IMG/VR virus record: IMGVR_UViG_3300010369_000001
Source: a virus
Lineage: Duplodnaviria > Heunggongvirae > Uroviricota > Caudoviricetes
Length of the DNA: 64,000 nt
Reading direction: 5' to 3' (one strand)
The notes under the pieces were generated by a model. That model made no database searches and was not told the DNA's origin. It saw only the letters and a list, made by a program, of their open reading frames with translations. The translations under genes and the position numbers were made by a program. This document shows, one piece after another, positions 47,283 through 57,023 of the stretch (position 1 is the stretch's first letter; each line of letters begins with the position of its first letter).

Positions 47283-47618
47283 CTATCTTGCGCTTGCGCA
47301 GCTATACTGCACTCTAATTTCGTCACACTCTTCATTTGGATTAACTTGTACGCCCTCATTAAAATACTTAAGGGTACTAATACCGCTCCAGCCAGCTTGC
47401 TTGTTGAACTCTTTCTCAGCTAGCTCAATGACATAATTCTTAACCGGATCCATGTTAAAAAATTGCTCATAGTCATTTACTGGACTAGGATCGTCTTTAA
47501 CCAACGGAAGACCAAGAGTAATAAGACATTTATTACTATTAAGCCCGCCGTCTCGTTTGATCTCAACCACTGTAATTTGTTTAATCCTAGCTTCTACTGA
47601 TTTAATATCCCAAGTCAT
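47283..47618 (-). CDS. Hypothetical protein
   Basis: 111-aa ORF in operon. Confidence 0.6.
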   Translation of the reverse strand: MTWDIKSVEARIKQITVVEIKRDGGLNSNKCLITLGLPLVKDDPSPVNDYEQFFNMDPVKNYVIELAEKEFNKQAGWSGISTLKYFNEGVQVNPNEECDEIRVQYSCASAR

Positions 47619-47625
47619 TCTTTTG

Positions 47626-47922
47626 TTACCTCGTTACTGTTATTTTATTCCCCCTCACGCCCATATATTGTATCGTAATTTTTTCTGTAGTGTTAGAAAG
47701 TCTTTTAAATTCATCAAAATCACTTTCAGGGATAGTAGCTAAAATCTTTGCGATTTCATTAATATTATTAGAAAAATTTTGAGTAGCTGCTCCCTGACCA
47801 CACCCAGCACATTTCTCAGGCTGTACCCGCCAACTAGCTGACAATCCTCTCAGAAATGGAAAGCGAGCCACTACCTCCGGATAGCGCGTCAACCCAACCA
47901 GCCAATTTGACGTTAATCTCAT
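47626..47922 (-). CDS. Hypothetical protein with CxxC
   Basis: KCAGCG; TAAAAT 8 nt upstream of ATG. Confidence 0.6.
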   Translation of the reverse strand: MRLTSNWLVGLTRYPEVVARFPFLRGLSASWRVQPEKCAGCGQGAATQNFSNNINEIAKILATIPESDFDEFKRLSNTTEKITIQYMGVRGNKITVTR

Positions 47923-47933
47923 TCGTAACTATT

Positions 47934-48713
47934 TTACCCATAAATACCTGCCTGCCTATCCCTAATTAACTGATGCAGCTGAGGATATTTTGCCTCTAGC
48001 GCCCTCAAAGCTCGTCTATTGCCGCCGCCTCTAAAATTGTCAAACATTAATGTACTATCACCTGCATGCTTAAACTCAAATATATTTGACCACAATTTAC
48101 TCGCCCCCGCTAAGAAATGTTTTGTACCTTTCAATACCGCCATAGCCCAAAACCACATATCGTCAGCTGTAGGCGCAATTTCCTTAAAAAGCTGGCTATT
48201 AGCTACATCAGCATAAAAGGAATTAGGCGGATACAAAATCATCCCAACACCTAGCGGAAAGGCAGCTGGATATATTCCTTTTCCAAGTATGGACTGCCAC
48301 TCTCGATACAGCTTAAATTGAGTATCAGCCTCAAATTCTATTTGTCGCATGCATGTGCCGACTATGCAAGCTGGATTTTCAGCACTATGTTTAACTAAGT
48401 GCTCGACACTATCAAGAGCATAAAAACAATCATCATCCGCTGTAATAATCGTATCATCGGGAAACTCCTGTAAAGCCCAAACTAGCTTTGAATACGACTT
48501 AATTGGTTCATACCCTTCTCTAATTTCAAGACCAGCTATATTTTTTAACTCAGCTGTTGCAGCATCATTTGTGTCTAAATAAAGAATTACTTTGTCAGCT
48601 TTATGCGTTTGATTAAGCAAGCTATAAATCGCATGCGGGGCCGATTCAGCTAATCTGCGACCATGACTTGTTAAAGAAATTATTAATTTACCACTCATAA
48701 AAAAATTGCTCAA
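47934..48713 (-). CDS. Glycosyltransferase (GT-A, 'ISLTS' GT2/GT64-like)
   Basis: IISLTSHGRRL, IITADDDCFY, GVGMILYPP, PTADDMWF. Confidence 0.85.
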   Translation of the reverse strand: MSNFFMSGKLIISLTSHGRRLAESAPHAIYSLLNQTHKADKVILYLDTNDAATAELKNIAGLEIREGYEPIKSYSKLVWALQEFPDDTIITADDDCFYALDSVEHLVKHSAENPACIVGTCMRQIEFEADTQFKLYREWQSILGKGIYPAAFPLGVGMILYPPNSFYADVANSQLFKEIAPTADDMWFWAMAVLKGTKHFLAGASKLWSNIFEFKHAGDSTLMFDNFRGGGNRRALRALEAKYPQLHQLIRDRQAGIYG

Positions 48714-49395
48714 AATCGTCTCGATTTATTTGCTCAATAGCTTTTCTCGAAGTTTCATTCAATATATCCCTATAAGATAATTGCTTACTAAATGTAGTAA
48801 AAATACGCTCAGTAACTTTGGTTATTATAGGGAAGCTAGAGCGTAGCTTATTAATCCGCTCGGACACCTGCCTAATAATAAGGTCTAATCCTTCTTCAAA
48901 TCTAAATATTTCAATTGACGGGTCAATTTTATTGTCTGCCCACAAATACCCACACATGGGCTGCGTCACATACGGCCACGCACCGCGACCGCCTTCATAC
49001 AGTAAAAATTCATTTATATTCTTAAAGGGCTTATTTTTGCGTAAATCAACTGCCCAACCTTCCTTAAACTCGCTATTAGGGTCAGCCATTTTTTCAAAAT
49101 GATAATAGCTAGAGAGGGTTTTACTAAATGGATTGCGGACAATTGCAAATTTATAGTATGTGTCCCAAATTTCTGGCCCAAGCAATTGTTGCAGTTCATG
49201 TGCCTTGGCGTGCTTTAGCCCAAAGTGCAAGCCGTCAGCTAACCTACCGCGCGGCCCTTCAGCTGATGGAGTGCGCCCAAAGGGGCAGGATAAAGACAGC
49301 ACACCATCCATTGTACTAAATTGTTTCTCAATACTTGTCCCACCTGTCTTAGGCAAATGAATAAATAGAAATTTATATTTATGCGAAATTATCAT
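48688..49395 (-). CDS. Sulfotransferase family 2
   Basis: FIHLPKTGGTS (5'-PSB), FAIVRNPF..LSSY (3'-PB), DFEQFFY. Confidence 0.9.
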   Translation of the reverse strand: MIISHKYKFLFIHLPKTGGTSIEKQFSTMDGVLSLSCPFGRTPSAEGPRGRLADGLHFGLKHAKAHELQQLLGPEIWDTYYKFAIVRNPFSKTLSSYYHFEKMADPNSEFKEGWAVDLRKNKPFKNINEFLLYEGGRGAWPYVTQPMCGYLWADNKIDPSIEIFRFEEGLDLIIRQVSERINKLRSSFPIITKVTERIFTTFSKQLSYRDILNETSRKAIEQINRDDFEQFFYEW

Positions 49396-50204
49396 AATGG
49401 CTTACTTAAATGATTACTTATTTGCGCCCAATAAGCTGGCGGCGCCTGTGACTGCTCCATATACTCTAAATAAGTCTCACAAAGATTGCACTCAGCAAAA
49501 GGATAGAGATGTAAATATTCTCTAACGGCGGTGAGATTTGCAGAAGATAAATCAAGCCCAGCAAATGGCGCTAACTTCTTGTAATAATCGTCATGTATTG
49601 GAGTTCCGTCTTTTTTACCATAATGAAGAAACAGCATCCTAGCTGCATGTCTGGGACAGCGATAAAGCTTACCTTTGTGTACTACTTTATTATGGCGTGG
49701 CGGACAATTTACCGAAAAATCCCTCTCTTCAGATAAAGAGATTAAAGGCATGTCAGCAAATCTCTTTTCTACATAATCGTACTTAAAGCCTTCAGCAGTT
49801 AGCCAATCTCGCATATTAACTAAATTCCGGTCATAGCCTCGGCCATGTGGCGTAATTATAAGATAGAACAATGGATATTTCTCATATAACTCAGCTATCC
49901 GATCTTTGAAAAGAAATAGCTGAGTTCCATTAGTAGCGATGCTTATTTGCGTATTTATGGAGAAATAGTCATAAATACTTTCAACGGCCTCAAATATTTT
50001 GTCATGTAAAAATGGCTCGCCGCCATTTAAGCGCACTTCATCTGGAACTAAAAAATTAGAAGCTAGCTGAAGGTCATCCGATATTTCCTGTAACGGCAGC
50101 TCCCAATCCTGTAAAGGACTGAAATGAGCGCAGCCACGACAGCTCAAATTACATTTACTTGTAATTTGTAGCTCCAGTCTAGCTATTCTGACTAATTTAT
50201 TCAT
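49392..50204 (-). CDS. Radical SAM protein
   Basis: CNLSCRGCAHFSP, GGEPFLH, TNG, KLYRC, CNLC. Confidence 0.9.
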   Translation of the reverse strand: MNKLVRIARLELQITSKCNLSCRGCAHFSPLQDWELPLQEISDDLQLASNFLVPDEVRLNGGEPFLHDKIFEAVESIYDYFSINTQISIATNGTQLFLFKDRIAELYEKYPLFYLIITPHGRGYDRNLVNMRDWLTAEGFKYDYVEKRFADMPLISLSEERDFSVNCPPRHNKVVHKGKLYRCPRHAARMLFLHYGKKDGTPIHDDYYKKLAPFAGLDLSSANLTAVREYLHLYPFAECNLCETYLEYMEQSQAPPAYWAQISNHLSKPL

Positions 50205-50433
50205 AAGGTTTAATTTTGCCAGGCTTTAAATTTAAGAGTCCTTTTTGTTCTTCGATAAGTCGCCGCTGCTCTTTCAAGTAGTTCCTGCCACTTAGTACAG
50301 GACATATTTCGGGCTCACTAACACGCTGTTCAAGTAAGACAAGCCGATCTGTTAAATCTAACAAAGCTACCGCCTGAGCATTTTGTACTCGTACAATCTC
50401 AATTAATTTAGCTGTCAATTCCCAATCGTTCAT
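50197..50433 (-). CDS. Small coiled-coil hypothetical protein
   Basis: TAAAAT-N7-ATG; LTDRLVLLEQRV. Confidence 0.55.
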   Translation of the reverse strand: MNDWELTAKLIEIVRVQNAQAVALLDLTDRLVLLEQRVSEPEICPVLSGRNYLKEQRRLIEEQKGLLNLKPGKIKPYE

Positions 50434-50470
50434 ATGTTGTATTTTACCGTATCTTAGCTAGACTTTAACT

Positions 50471-50782
50471 ATGGCGGTTAATCTTAAATACAACATCAGA
50501 AAGCTGAAGTGTATTTTGCATTTAGGGCGGGCATGCTGGAACTGCGGATATAATCGTTGCCTTGATGCTTTAGACTTTCATCATCTGCCCGAATATGAAA
50601 AGTTGTATGACATTAGCTGGGGCATTAAACGTTATCCTTTTGAACACGTAATGGTCGAGCTAGAGAAATGCGCCCTTTTGTGCGCTAACTGCCATAGAGA
50701 AACACACGCTAATTTAGGAAAATGGCAGCTGAGGGATATTGATAAAGACGAGCTATTTGAGAAGTACGGAGCTGAGTTTTAA
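50471..50782 (+). CDS. HNH endonuclease
   Basis: CWNCGY...LDFHH...KCALLCANCHRETH; TAGACT-N6-ATG. Confidence 0.88.
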   Translation: MAVNLKYNIRKLKCILHLGRACWNCGYNRCLDALDFHHLPEYEKLYDISWGIKRYPFEHVMVELEKCALLCANCHRETHANLGKWQLRDIDKDELFEKYGAEF

Positions 50783-51807
50783 GTCTCGCGCGAGAAAACA
50801 TCATTTTCTAACGCCCATTGATATGTCTTTCTTATTCCTTCCCGAATTTGTGTCATCTTAGCTGGGCGCTCAATAATACTGAAAAGCCTGCTATCGTCTA
50901 ATTCACGTAAAGGCGCACCATCAGGCTTAATATTGTCATAAGTCATTAAACCTTTATAGCCAATTACTTCAGCTATAGTCTGAGCTAAATTGTGAATAGA
51001 CAGCTTAATTGATCCGCCTATATTGTAAATACATCTTGTTCCTCGTGCCCAAGTATAATTTTTAAGCATTGGAACTTCCATAAGTCGGACAGCAATATCG
51101 GCTAAATCGTCAACATATAGAAATTCTCGAACAGCTTTACCGCTTCCCCACAGAGAAACAACATCTGCATTCGACAATTTAGCTCGGTGAAACTTCCTAA
51201 TTAAAGCTGGAAGTACGTGACTACTTTGTGGATCAAAATTGTCGTTAGGCCCATAAAGATTACAAGGTACAAGAGTATAGTATTGCGTGTCATATTGTTT
51301 GTTATACATCTGACACATTTTAGCTGCCGTGACTTTAGCTACCGCATAACCCTCATTAGTAGGTTCAAAAAGACCATTACAAATTGATTCTTCTTTTATT
51401 GGAGTCGGTGCTTCTCTAGGATACATACAAACACTGCCTAGATTAAGTAGTTTCTTTACTCCGTATTTATGCGCCGCATGAATTATATTTGCAGAAATCA
51501 TGAGATTGTCGTACAAGAATTCAGCTTGCGCATTGTTGTTAGCTAGAATACCACCTACTTTAGCCGCACAATTAAAAACAACATCCGGACGGATGTTATT
51601 GATTATGTAACAAGCTAAATCCTTTTCCCTCAAGTCATGTACACGACTGTTCTCTTCTGGAAAAAGTTTCGGCTGCTTTTCTAAATATGAACTCCAAGTT
51701 CTTTCCGTAAAAACATTCTCATAACCTTTTTCCTTAAGATTGCGGATAATAGCTGAACCAACCAACCCTGTGTGCCCAGCTACGTAAATTCGATCTTTTT
51801 TATTCAT
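50779..51807 (-). CDS. fcl: GDP-L-fucose synthase
   Basis: IYVAGHTGLVGSAI, AAKVGGILAN, LGSVCMYP, EPTNEGYAVAK, NLYGPNDNF, SHVLPALIRK, REFLYVDDLA. Confidence 0.93.
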   Translation of the reverse strand: MNKKDRIYVAGHTGLVGSAIIRNLKEKGYENVFTERTWSSYLEKQPKLFPEENSRVHDLREKDLACYIINNIRPDVVFNCAAKVGGILANNNAQAEFLYDNLMISANIIHAAHKYGVKKLLNLGSVCMYPREAPTPIKEESICNGLFEPTNEGYAVAKVTAAKMCQMYNKQYDTQYYTLVPCNLYGPNDNFDPQSSHVLPALIRKFHRAKLSNADVVSLWGSGKAVREFLYVDDLADIAVRLMEVPMLKNYTWARGTRCIYNIGGSIKLSIHNLAQTIAEVIGYKGLMTYDNIKPDGAPLRELDDSRLFSIIERPAKMTQIREGIRKTYQWALENDVFSRET

Positions 51808-51843
51808 AAAATGATTATAACTAAAAATTCAAAATCTTCAACT

Positions 51844-52524
51844 TTACCACTCATAACCTAAAAGCTCAAAATCTCTTTTATAAAACACTTCAATTACGTC
51901 ACGAGCCTCACAATTAATTACTTCACGATAATTACGCCGACACTGACGCGCCTTAGTGTTAACTTGTTGCGATAACACACTAATAATAGGAAATTCTTTA
52001 TCTTTTTTTTGGATATTTTTACTTATCGTTGTTACCGCATTATTCAACCCATCTTCAAATTTAAATATTTCACAATCAATTCTATCGTCGACATATATAT
52101 ATTCTATTTGTGAACGAAGTGCTTCATCTTTAAGTTTTAAAAATTTTTCAGTTAAAAGCCTAATAATCCATGAATTTAAATCAAGAATATCCTTACCATT
52201 AAGCATCATTAGTTTAACTAACCAAGGTTCACTACAATAGCCACACATGGCCCTAAAAAACCAATACATACTTATAATGCGATCAAATGGATTACGTACT
52301 ATACTAAAACGATAATAAGAATTATAAATTTCATTACCCCACAACCATTTAATAAAATTTAAGTCAGCATGTTTATAGACAGCTATAGACGGTTTATCAA
52401 AAAAATTAAACACTTCGCCAGATAATACGCATGCTTCACAAATATTAAATTCAGCTTCAATACTAGTGCCAGCTGTCTTAGGAATATGAACAAAAATATA
52501 TTTAGACTTATGCGAAATTATCAT
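51844..52524 (-). CDS. Sulfotransferase family 2
   Basis: FVHIPKTAGTS, FSIVRNPFDRIISMY, DFELLGY. Confidence 0.9.
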   Translation of the reverse strand: MIISHKSKYIFVHIPKTAGTSIEAEFNICEACVLSGEVFNFFDKPSIAVYKHADLNFIKWLWGNEIYNSYYRFSIVRNPFDRIISMYWFFRAMCGYCSEPWLVKLMMLNGKDILDLNSWIIRLLTEKFLKLKDEALRSQIEYIYVDDRIDCEIFKFEDGLNNAVTTISKNIQKKDKEFPIISVLSQQVNTKARQCRRNYREVINCEARDVIEVFYKRDFELLGYEW

Positions 52525-53453
52525 ATTTTAACTTTCTCTAATATAGCTCTAACAGCATTATGATAAACCAACATACTATAATCATCTTCCTTACTCTGAT
52601 TATCTAGTCCTTTAAAATAATCTACATTGTGCTCTATGCCATTAAAACGATTTTTACATCTACTATGACGCATAACCCAGTCTTCTAAACTACCAGTGAT
52701 ATAATGCGCTATATTTGACGACTGACTCAACGATATGAAACTTGTTTTATTGTAATGAAGCTGCTCAATATTTTTCCAATCTTGAAGAGGCTTATCTGAA
52801 ATTAATAAACCATTTGCATCACGTGTACATCCATCAATCGTTTTGCAAAAATGAATAAAACACCAACGATCATTTTTAACAAGCCTATCTACTTTAATAA
52901 TAGATTTAAATTGAGCTGGTTTTAGCATATAGCTATTAATCAAAGGCATTCGTTTTGTTAATGCCGACAATCGTGTATTAGGTAATTTAATTGTCCTAAC
53001 ATTATTATTAGATCCATAAATTTTCCACCAAAACAATATCTGACTTGTATCTAAAGCAAAAGTATCAATAATATCATTAATTTTACGTTGCTTAAAATCA
53101 TAAAATAATTCATCGACATCCCAAATAGCCAACCACTCAACTTCTTTACTAACCAAATCATAAATCAAATTATAGGCTTTTTCTTGAAAATCCCAACCAG
53201 GATTGTTATTAACATAAGGCAATATCACTACCTTATCTAAGACAAACTGTGGTAAATTCATTATTTTATTAAACGTATTATCTATTTCGCCATCAATTTT
53301 ATGCAATACAACTAGTATCTTATCAAAACCTATTAAATAATGATGAACAATCCATTCTTGAATATACGCTTCTTCTAATCTAGCTACACAACCAATAGCT
53401 GACTTATAACGTTTTTTACACATTGCTTTATTACAGACTAGCGACTCGATCAC
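52521..53453 (-). CDS. Glycosyltransferase (GT2/GT92-like), paralogue of 32924..33901
   Basis: YIQEWIVHHYLIGFD, WLAIWDVDEL, FKSII, IAHY.TGSLED. Confidence 0.82.
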   Translation of the reverse strand: MIESLVCNKAMCKKRYKSAIGCVARLEEAYIQEWIVHHYLIGFDKILVVLHKIDGEIDNTFNKIMNLPQFVLDKVVILPYVNNNPGWDFQEKAYNLIYDLVSKEVEWLAIWDVDELFYDFKQRKINDIIDTFALDTSQILFWWKIYGSNNNVRTIKLPNTRLSALTKRMPLINSYMLKPAQFKSIIKVDRLVKNDRWCFIHFCKTIDGCTRDANGLLISDKPLQDWKNIEQLHYNKTSFISLSQSSNIAHYITGSLEDWVMRHSRCKNRFNGIEHNVDYFKGLDNQSKEDDYSMLVYHNAVRAILEKVKI

Positions 53454-54207
53454 GTTGTTGATAAAAGTATTTATTAGAATTATTAAAACAATGCATACAT
53501 AAAACCATCTTACCTTGATAATCTTTAATAAGCTTACTAACCTCTAAATACCAATCTTTTTTCACTGGTACACTGAGTATTTGAAAAATATCCGGATAAG
53601 GTAAGTTACATAACTTAAAAGCATCGTGGCCAGGTGCTCCGCAAATGCTTATACGATTATCCGTAAAAGTCAATCCGCACATACATTTACAAGGAATAGA
53701 ATAAGTCTCATCAATTGACGCTATTCTACGCCCAAAATAATGTCTTTCAAAAATTCTAACTTTATTATGTGTCAATAATTCTCTTATATGTATTTTTTTT
53801 TCATCATCTAAAAACTCATACAAACTAATACTAGTTTTATCAACATAATTTAAAACAGTAGTCAATAACGCAGTATCTTGTAAAAATAAAAGACCATTTG
53901 TAACTAAATTAATGCATTTGGCTATTTTACTTTGATGTAATAAAGGTAAACCCTCTAATAAATTTTCCCAACATAATGGTTCACCAATCGCATTAATGTT
54001 TAAAGTCTCTATAATGTAATCAGAATCATGACAGCTAATTATGAATTTTTCTAAAGCAGAAATACTCAAATGCCACTGAGCATACTCAGTACGACAAGCT
54101 AAATGAGCACAATTTTTACAATTTAAATTACACTTACCCACCACTGACATATTTAATTCAGGTATTAACATAATTAAATCCCTCCACTGTCTTAATAAAC
54201 CGCGCAT
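53431..54207 (-). CDS. Radical SAM protein (true start probably MLIPEL)
   Basis: CNLNCKNCAH, GEPL, TNG, CKCMC, CMHC. Confidence 0.85.
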   Translation of the reverse strand: MRGLLRQWRDLIMLIPELNMSVVGKCNLNCKNCAHLACRTEYAQWHLSISALEKFIISCHDSDYIIETLNINAIGEPLCWENLLEGLPLLHQSKIAKCINLVTNGLLFLQDTALLTTVLNYVDKTSISLYEFLDDEKKIHIRELLTHNKVRIFERHYFGRRIASIDETYSIPCKCMCGLTFTDNRISICGAPGHDAFKLCNLPYPDIFQILSVPVKKDWYLEVSKLIKDYQGKMVLCMHCFNNSNKYFYQQRDRVASL

Positions 54208-54874
54208 CAGTGATTAAAGACTGACCGACATCTTGTCCACAAAAAGAATTATTACTTATAAAAATTTTTAAATTATTTTCTCTACACCAAGGAAAAATTA
54301 AACAATCTATAGCCGGTAAACGGCCATCTGAAGAAACCCATTTACAATTATTCGTATGTGCGTCATAAAAAATTTTATTTGATTTAATATCATTAATTAA
54401 TTTAGCTCGCCATTCACCAGCTTGAAAACAAACGCACTGAAATCCGTGTATGTAATCAACCGTTCCAACTAAATCTGTTAACTTTAAATAACTCTCTGGC
54501 TCCTTTGAATATGGCCAACCAGTATGACCTGCCATTAATATTTTCCAATCAAATGGTAGCTGATTAATATGTGCTTCTAATACTGACTGAAAATCCCACC
54601 TAAAATAGGCATCATCTTCAAAAAAACATAAAATATCTTTTTCAGATAATGCCGTCTCAAGTAAATTTGCCACACTTATTGCATGATCGTAATACTGAGT
54701 ACGATAAAACTTGAGATCCTTAGGTATTAAACTTCTTTTTTCAACATACCACATGAAAAAAGAATAATTATCTATGCCAGCAACTTTACACATATTAGCT
54801 ATACGTCTTCGACGTTCTGCACTTATAGTGCACCCCTCTGAACCACAGCTAAGTATTTTATAGTTAAAGACCAT
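54158..54874 (-). CDS. GT25-like glycosyltransferase
   Basis: FFEDDAYF, LPFDWKILMAG, HGFQCV, AID, GQ. Confidence 0.75.
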   Translation of the reverse strand: MVFNYKILSCGSEGCTISAERRRRIANMCKVAGIDNYSFFMWYVEKRSLIPKDLKFYRTQYYDHAISVANLLETALSEKDILCFFEDDAYFRWDFQSVLEAHINQLPFDWKILMAGHTGWPYSKEPESYLKLTDLVGTVDYIHGFQCVCFQAGEWRAKLINDIKSNKIFYDAHTNNCKWVSSDGRLPAIDCLIFPWCRENNLKIFISNNSFCGQDVGQSLITDARFIKTVEGFNYVNT

Positions 54875-54875
54875 A

Positions 54876-55631
54876 TCAAAAATTATCCCCTAAAACATCA
54901 CTAAGCACTTGCCTAGCATATCCGCCTTTAAAATCTCTATTTTCGGGAGCTAAATGAAATAAACCTGGAAAATGATAAAATATTGCTTTTCCATTATCTA
55001 CATTAGGCTGACAGCTGGTAAAAATCTGCTTATTTTTATCCAAAGAAATATCTAACCAAAACTTTTCATTTGCCTGTTCATATAAATATTTTTCATAAAA
55101 AAGCTTTTGCAACATATACTGATCTTCCGGAAATTGATCATCAGAAGAAATATAATTATGCAAGTGCTCTAATAACCTTATCACATCTAAACGATTACCG
55201 CCATAGGCTCCGCTATTAGGTGAAAAAATTAAATTAGAGTTCTTATCCTTAAAACATCGTATAAAATCTTCACTATTACGCGGCCATAATGGCGCTTCAG
55301 CAGTTAAAGCTAAATAGGGTACTTTTGCATACTCTGTGGAGACTATTACACCATTATCAGGAAGTCGTGCCTCAAATACAGATGAATCTGCACAGATAAA
55401 TGTGTCCGAATAATCCGCTAGAATTACTTTCTTATGTGGTAAAATATTCAAATATTTTAGCCCAATACGCAGCTTATCTAACCATTTTGCCCTACCAAGC
55501 TCAGGTCTAAACCTTTCACCAGCTCCTGCAAAAACTAACGGAACTTTAAAATAATCACATGTTTTTTTTAATAAACTATCCGGAACATTAGGATAAATAC
55601 TAAAAGCTACTATCGCAAAATTTTCAGACAT
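54876..55631 (-). CDS. PLOD/LH3-type glycosyltransferase
   Basis: LADYSDTF, PNSGAYGG, EDQYML, FYHFPG. Confidence 0.75.
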   Translation of the reverse strand: MSENFAIVAFSIYPNVPDSLLKKTCDYFKVPLVFAGAGERFRPELGRAKWLDKLRIGLKYLNILPHKKVILADYSDTFICADSSVFEARLPDNGVIVSTEYAKVPYLALTAEAPLWPRNSEDFIRCFKDKNSNLIFSPNSGAYGGNRLDVIRLLEHLHNYISSDDQFPEDQYMLQKLFYEKYLYEQANEKFWLDISLDKNKQIFTSCQPNVDNGKAIFYHFPGLFHLAPENRDFKGGYARQVLSDVLGDNF

Positions 55632-56403
55632 CTTTACATAACTGATCTACCAGCTTAAAGTAAGCTTCTGTAAGAGGCTGACCAGGAAAATGGATTATCG
55701 GGCTTATATTAGTTAACCCTGTTTCTAATATACGAGCTGACATTAATTGTCCCGTTCTATCTACCTGTATCAAAGGTATGCCACATGCTTGTAAAATATG
55801 AATACAAAATTGATCATCCCAACGTTTTTGCTGCTTTAACGCATAATTAAAAGCATACAGACTAGCTATATCATTTTTTGTTAAATTATTAAAATGACCA
55901 CAATTCCTTTTTTGATCAAGGCATTCAAATACAAATAAAATATGCTGACATAGCTTAATAATTAAATTTATTTGCCCAGCAAAAACACCGGCATTTAAAA
56001 CCACCAACTCCTGATCTTTAGCTACTTTATCTCTAAACCATTTTTCATTATAAGGATAAAGCACATCGGCCCATCCTTTATTAAATAATACACACTTTAA
56101 ATCTAACGTATTATATATTCTTAAAAGTTCACAAACTGGCGCAGTAAATAATACATCACGCGAATCAAAGAAAAACAGGTGCTCTACTCCCTGTTGTAAT
56201 AATTTTTTTGCACCCGCTAATAATGGATTAATTTTTAAAGCTATATAATCATGAACATTTAACGCATTAGTCTCTTCCCAATACAACCAATAAAGCGGTA
56301 CTCCAAAGTACTTAGCTGTCTTACGAATACCATACGTATATTCCTGTAAACCTGTATTAACAGCTGTGCTGCAAAATCTTGTATTTTCTAACGTAGCTAA
56401 CAT
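55624..56403 (-). CDS. PLOD/LH3-type glycosyltransferase
   Basis: FFDSRDVLF, LNAGVFAG, DDQF, IIHFPG. Confidence 0.75.
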   Translation of the reverse strand: MLATLENTRFCSTAVNTGLQEYTYGIRKTAKYFGVPLYWLYWEETNALNVHDYIALKINPLLAGAKKLLQQGVEHLFFFDSRDVLFTAPVCELLRIYNTLDLKCVLFNKGWADVLYPYNEKWFRDKVAKDQELVVLNAGVFAGQINLIIKLCQHILFVFECLDQKRNCGHFNNLTKNDIASLYAFNYALKQQKRWDDQFCIHILQACGIPLIQVDRTGQLMSARILETGLTNISPIIHFPGQPLTEAYFKLVDQLCKDV

Positions 56404-57023
56404 GTGGAAATAAGGAACCTATTTTGCTCTTCAGCCGTATATGCTTCTAAACTATCATATAAAATAGTAGACTGCATTTTACCTGTTTGAATACTAGGAC
56501 TTCCGCCCTGTCCTACATAACTTTTTTGTGGACAAAATATTTTTAAATGTTGCACTTCTGGGTCATGATAAAACATACAATCAAGTCCGCCAGGAGAATT
56601 ATAGATTGCTGCACTTAATTCCATATATGAAAAATTATTACGATATGCAATACACTGTGTACCATGAAATTCAGCTAATTGCCTATAATTATTTACTTCT
56701 TTTTTTACTTGAAATATTTGAGTATACCCTGGAATAAAAATTTCCCATTCCTCAGGTAAATTGGCTAAATCTTTTTCAAATCTTTTAACAAAATCTGGAA
56801 AGACTATAGCATCATCCTCAAAACATAATAAATTACCAGTATAAGTACGCAAAATTTTTGCAAAATGTTTAGTGCCACCTAAAGGAGGATCTACAGCAAC
56901 AACACTAATACTATATTCACCAATATTGCTTCTTTTAAAATATTGACGTAATCTTGCAATACGTTCTGTACTTATTTTATGATCAGTTGACAAAATAACA
57001 ATTTTAAAATCAGCTAAGTTCAT
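56397..57023 (-). CDS. GT25-like glycosyltransferase
   Basis: HFAKI, CFEDDA, LPEEWEI, HGTQCI, GLD, VGQ. Confidence 0.75.
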   Translation of the reverse strand: MNLADFKIVILSTDHKISTERIARLRQYFKRSNIGEYSISVVAVDPPLGGTKHFAKILRTYTGNLLCFEDDAIVFPDFVKRFEKDLANLPEEWEIFIPGYTQIFQVKKEVNNYRQLAEFHGTQCIAYRNNFSYMELSAAIYNSPGGLDCMFYHDPEVQHLKIFCPQKSYVGQGGSPSIQTGKMQSTILYDSLEAYTAEEQNRFLISTC

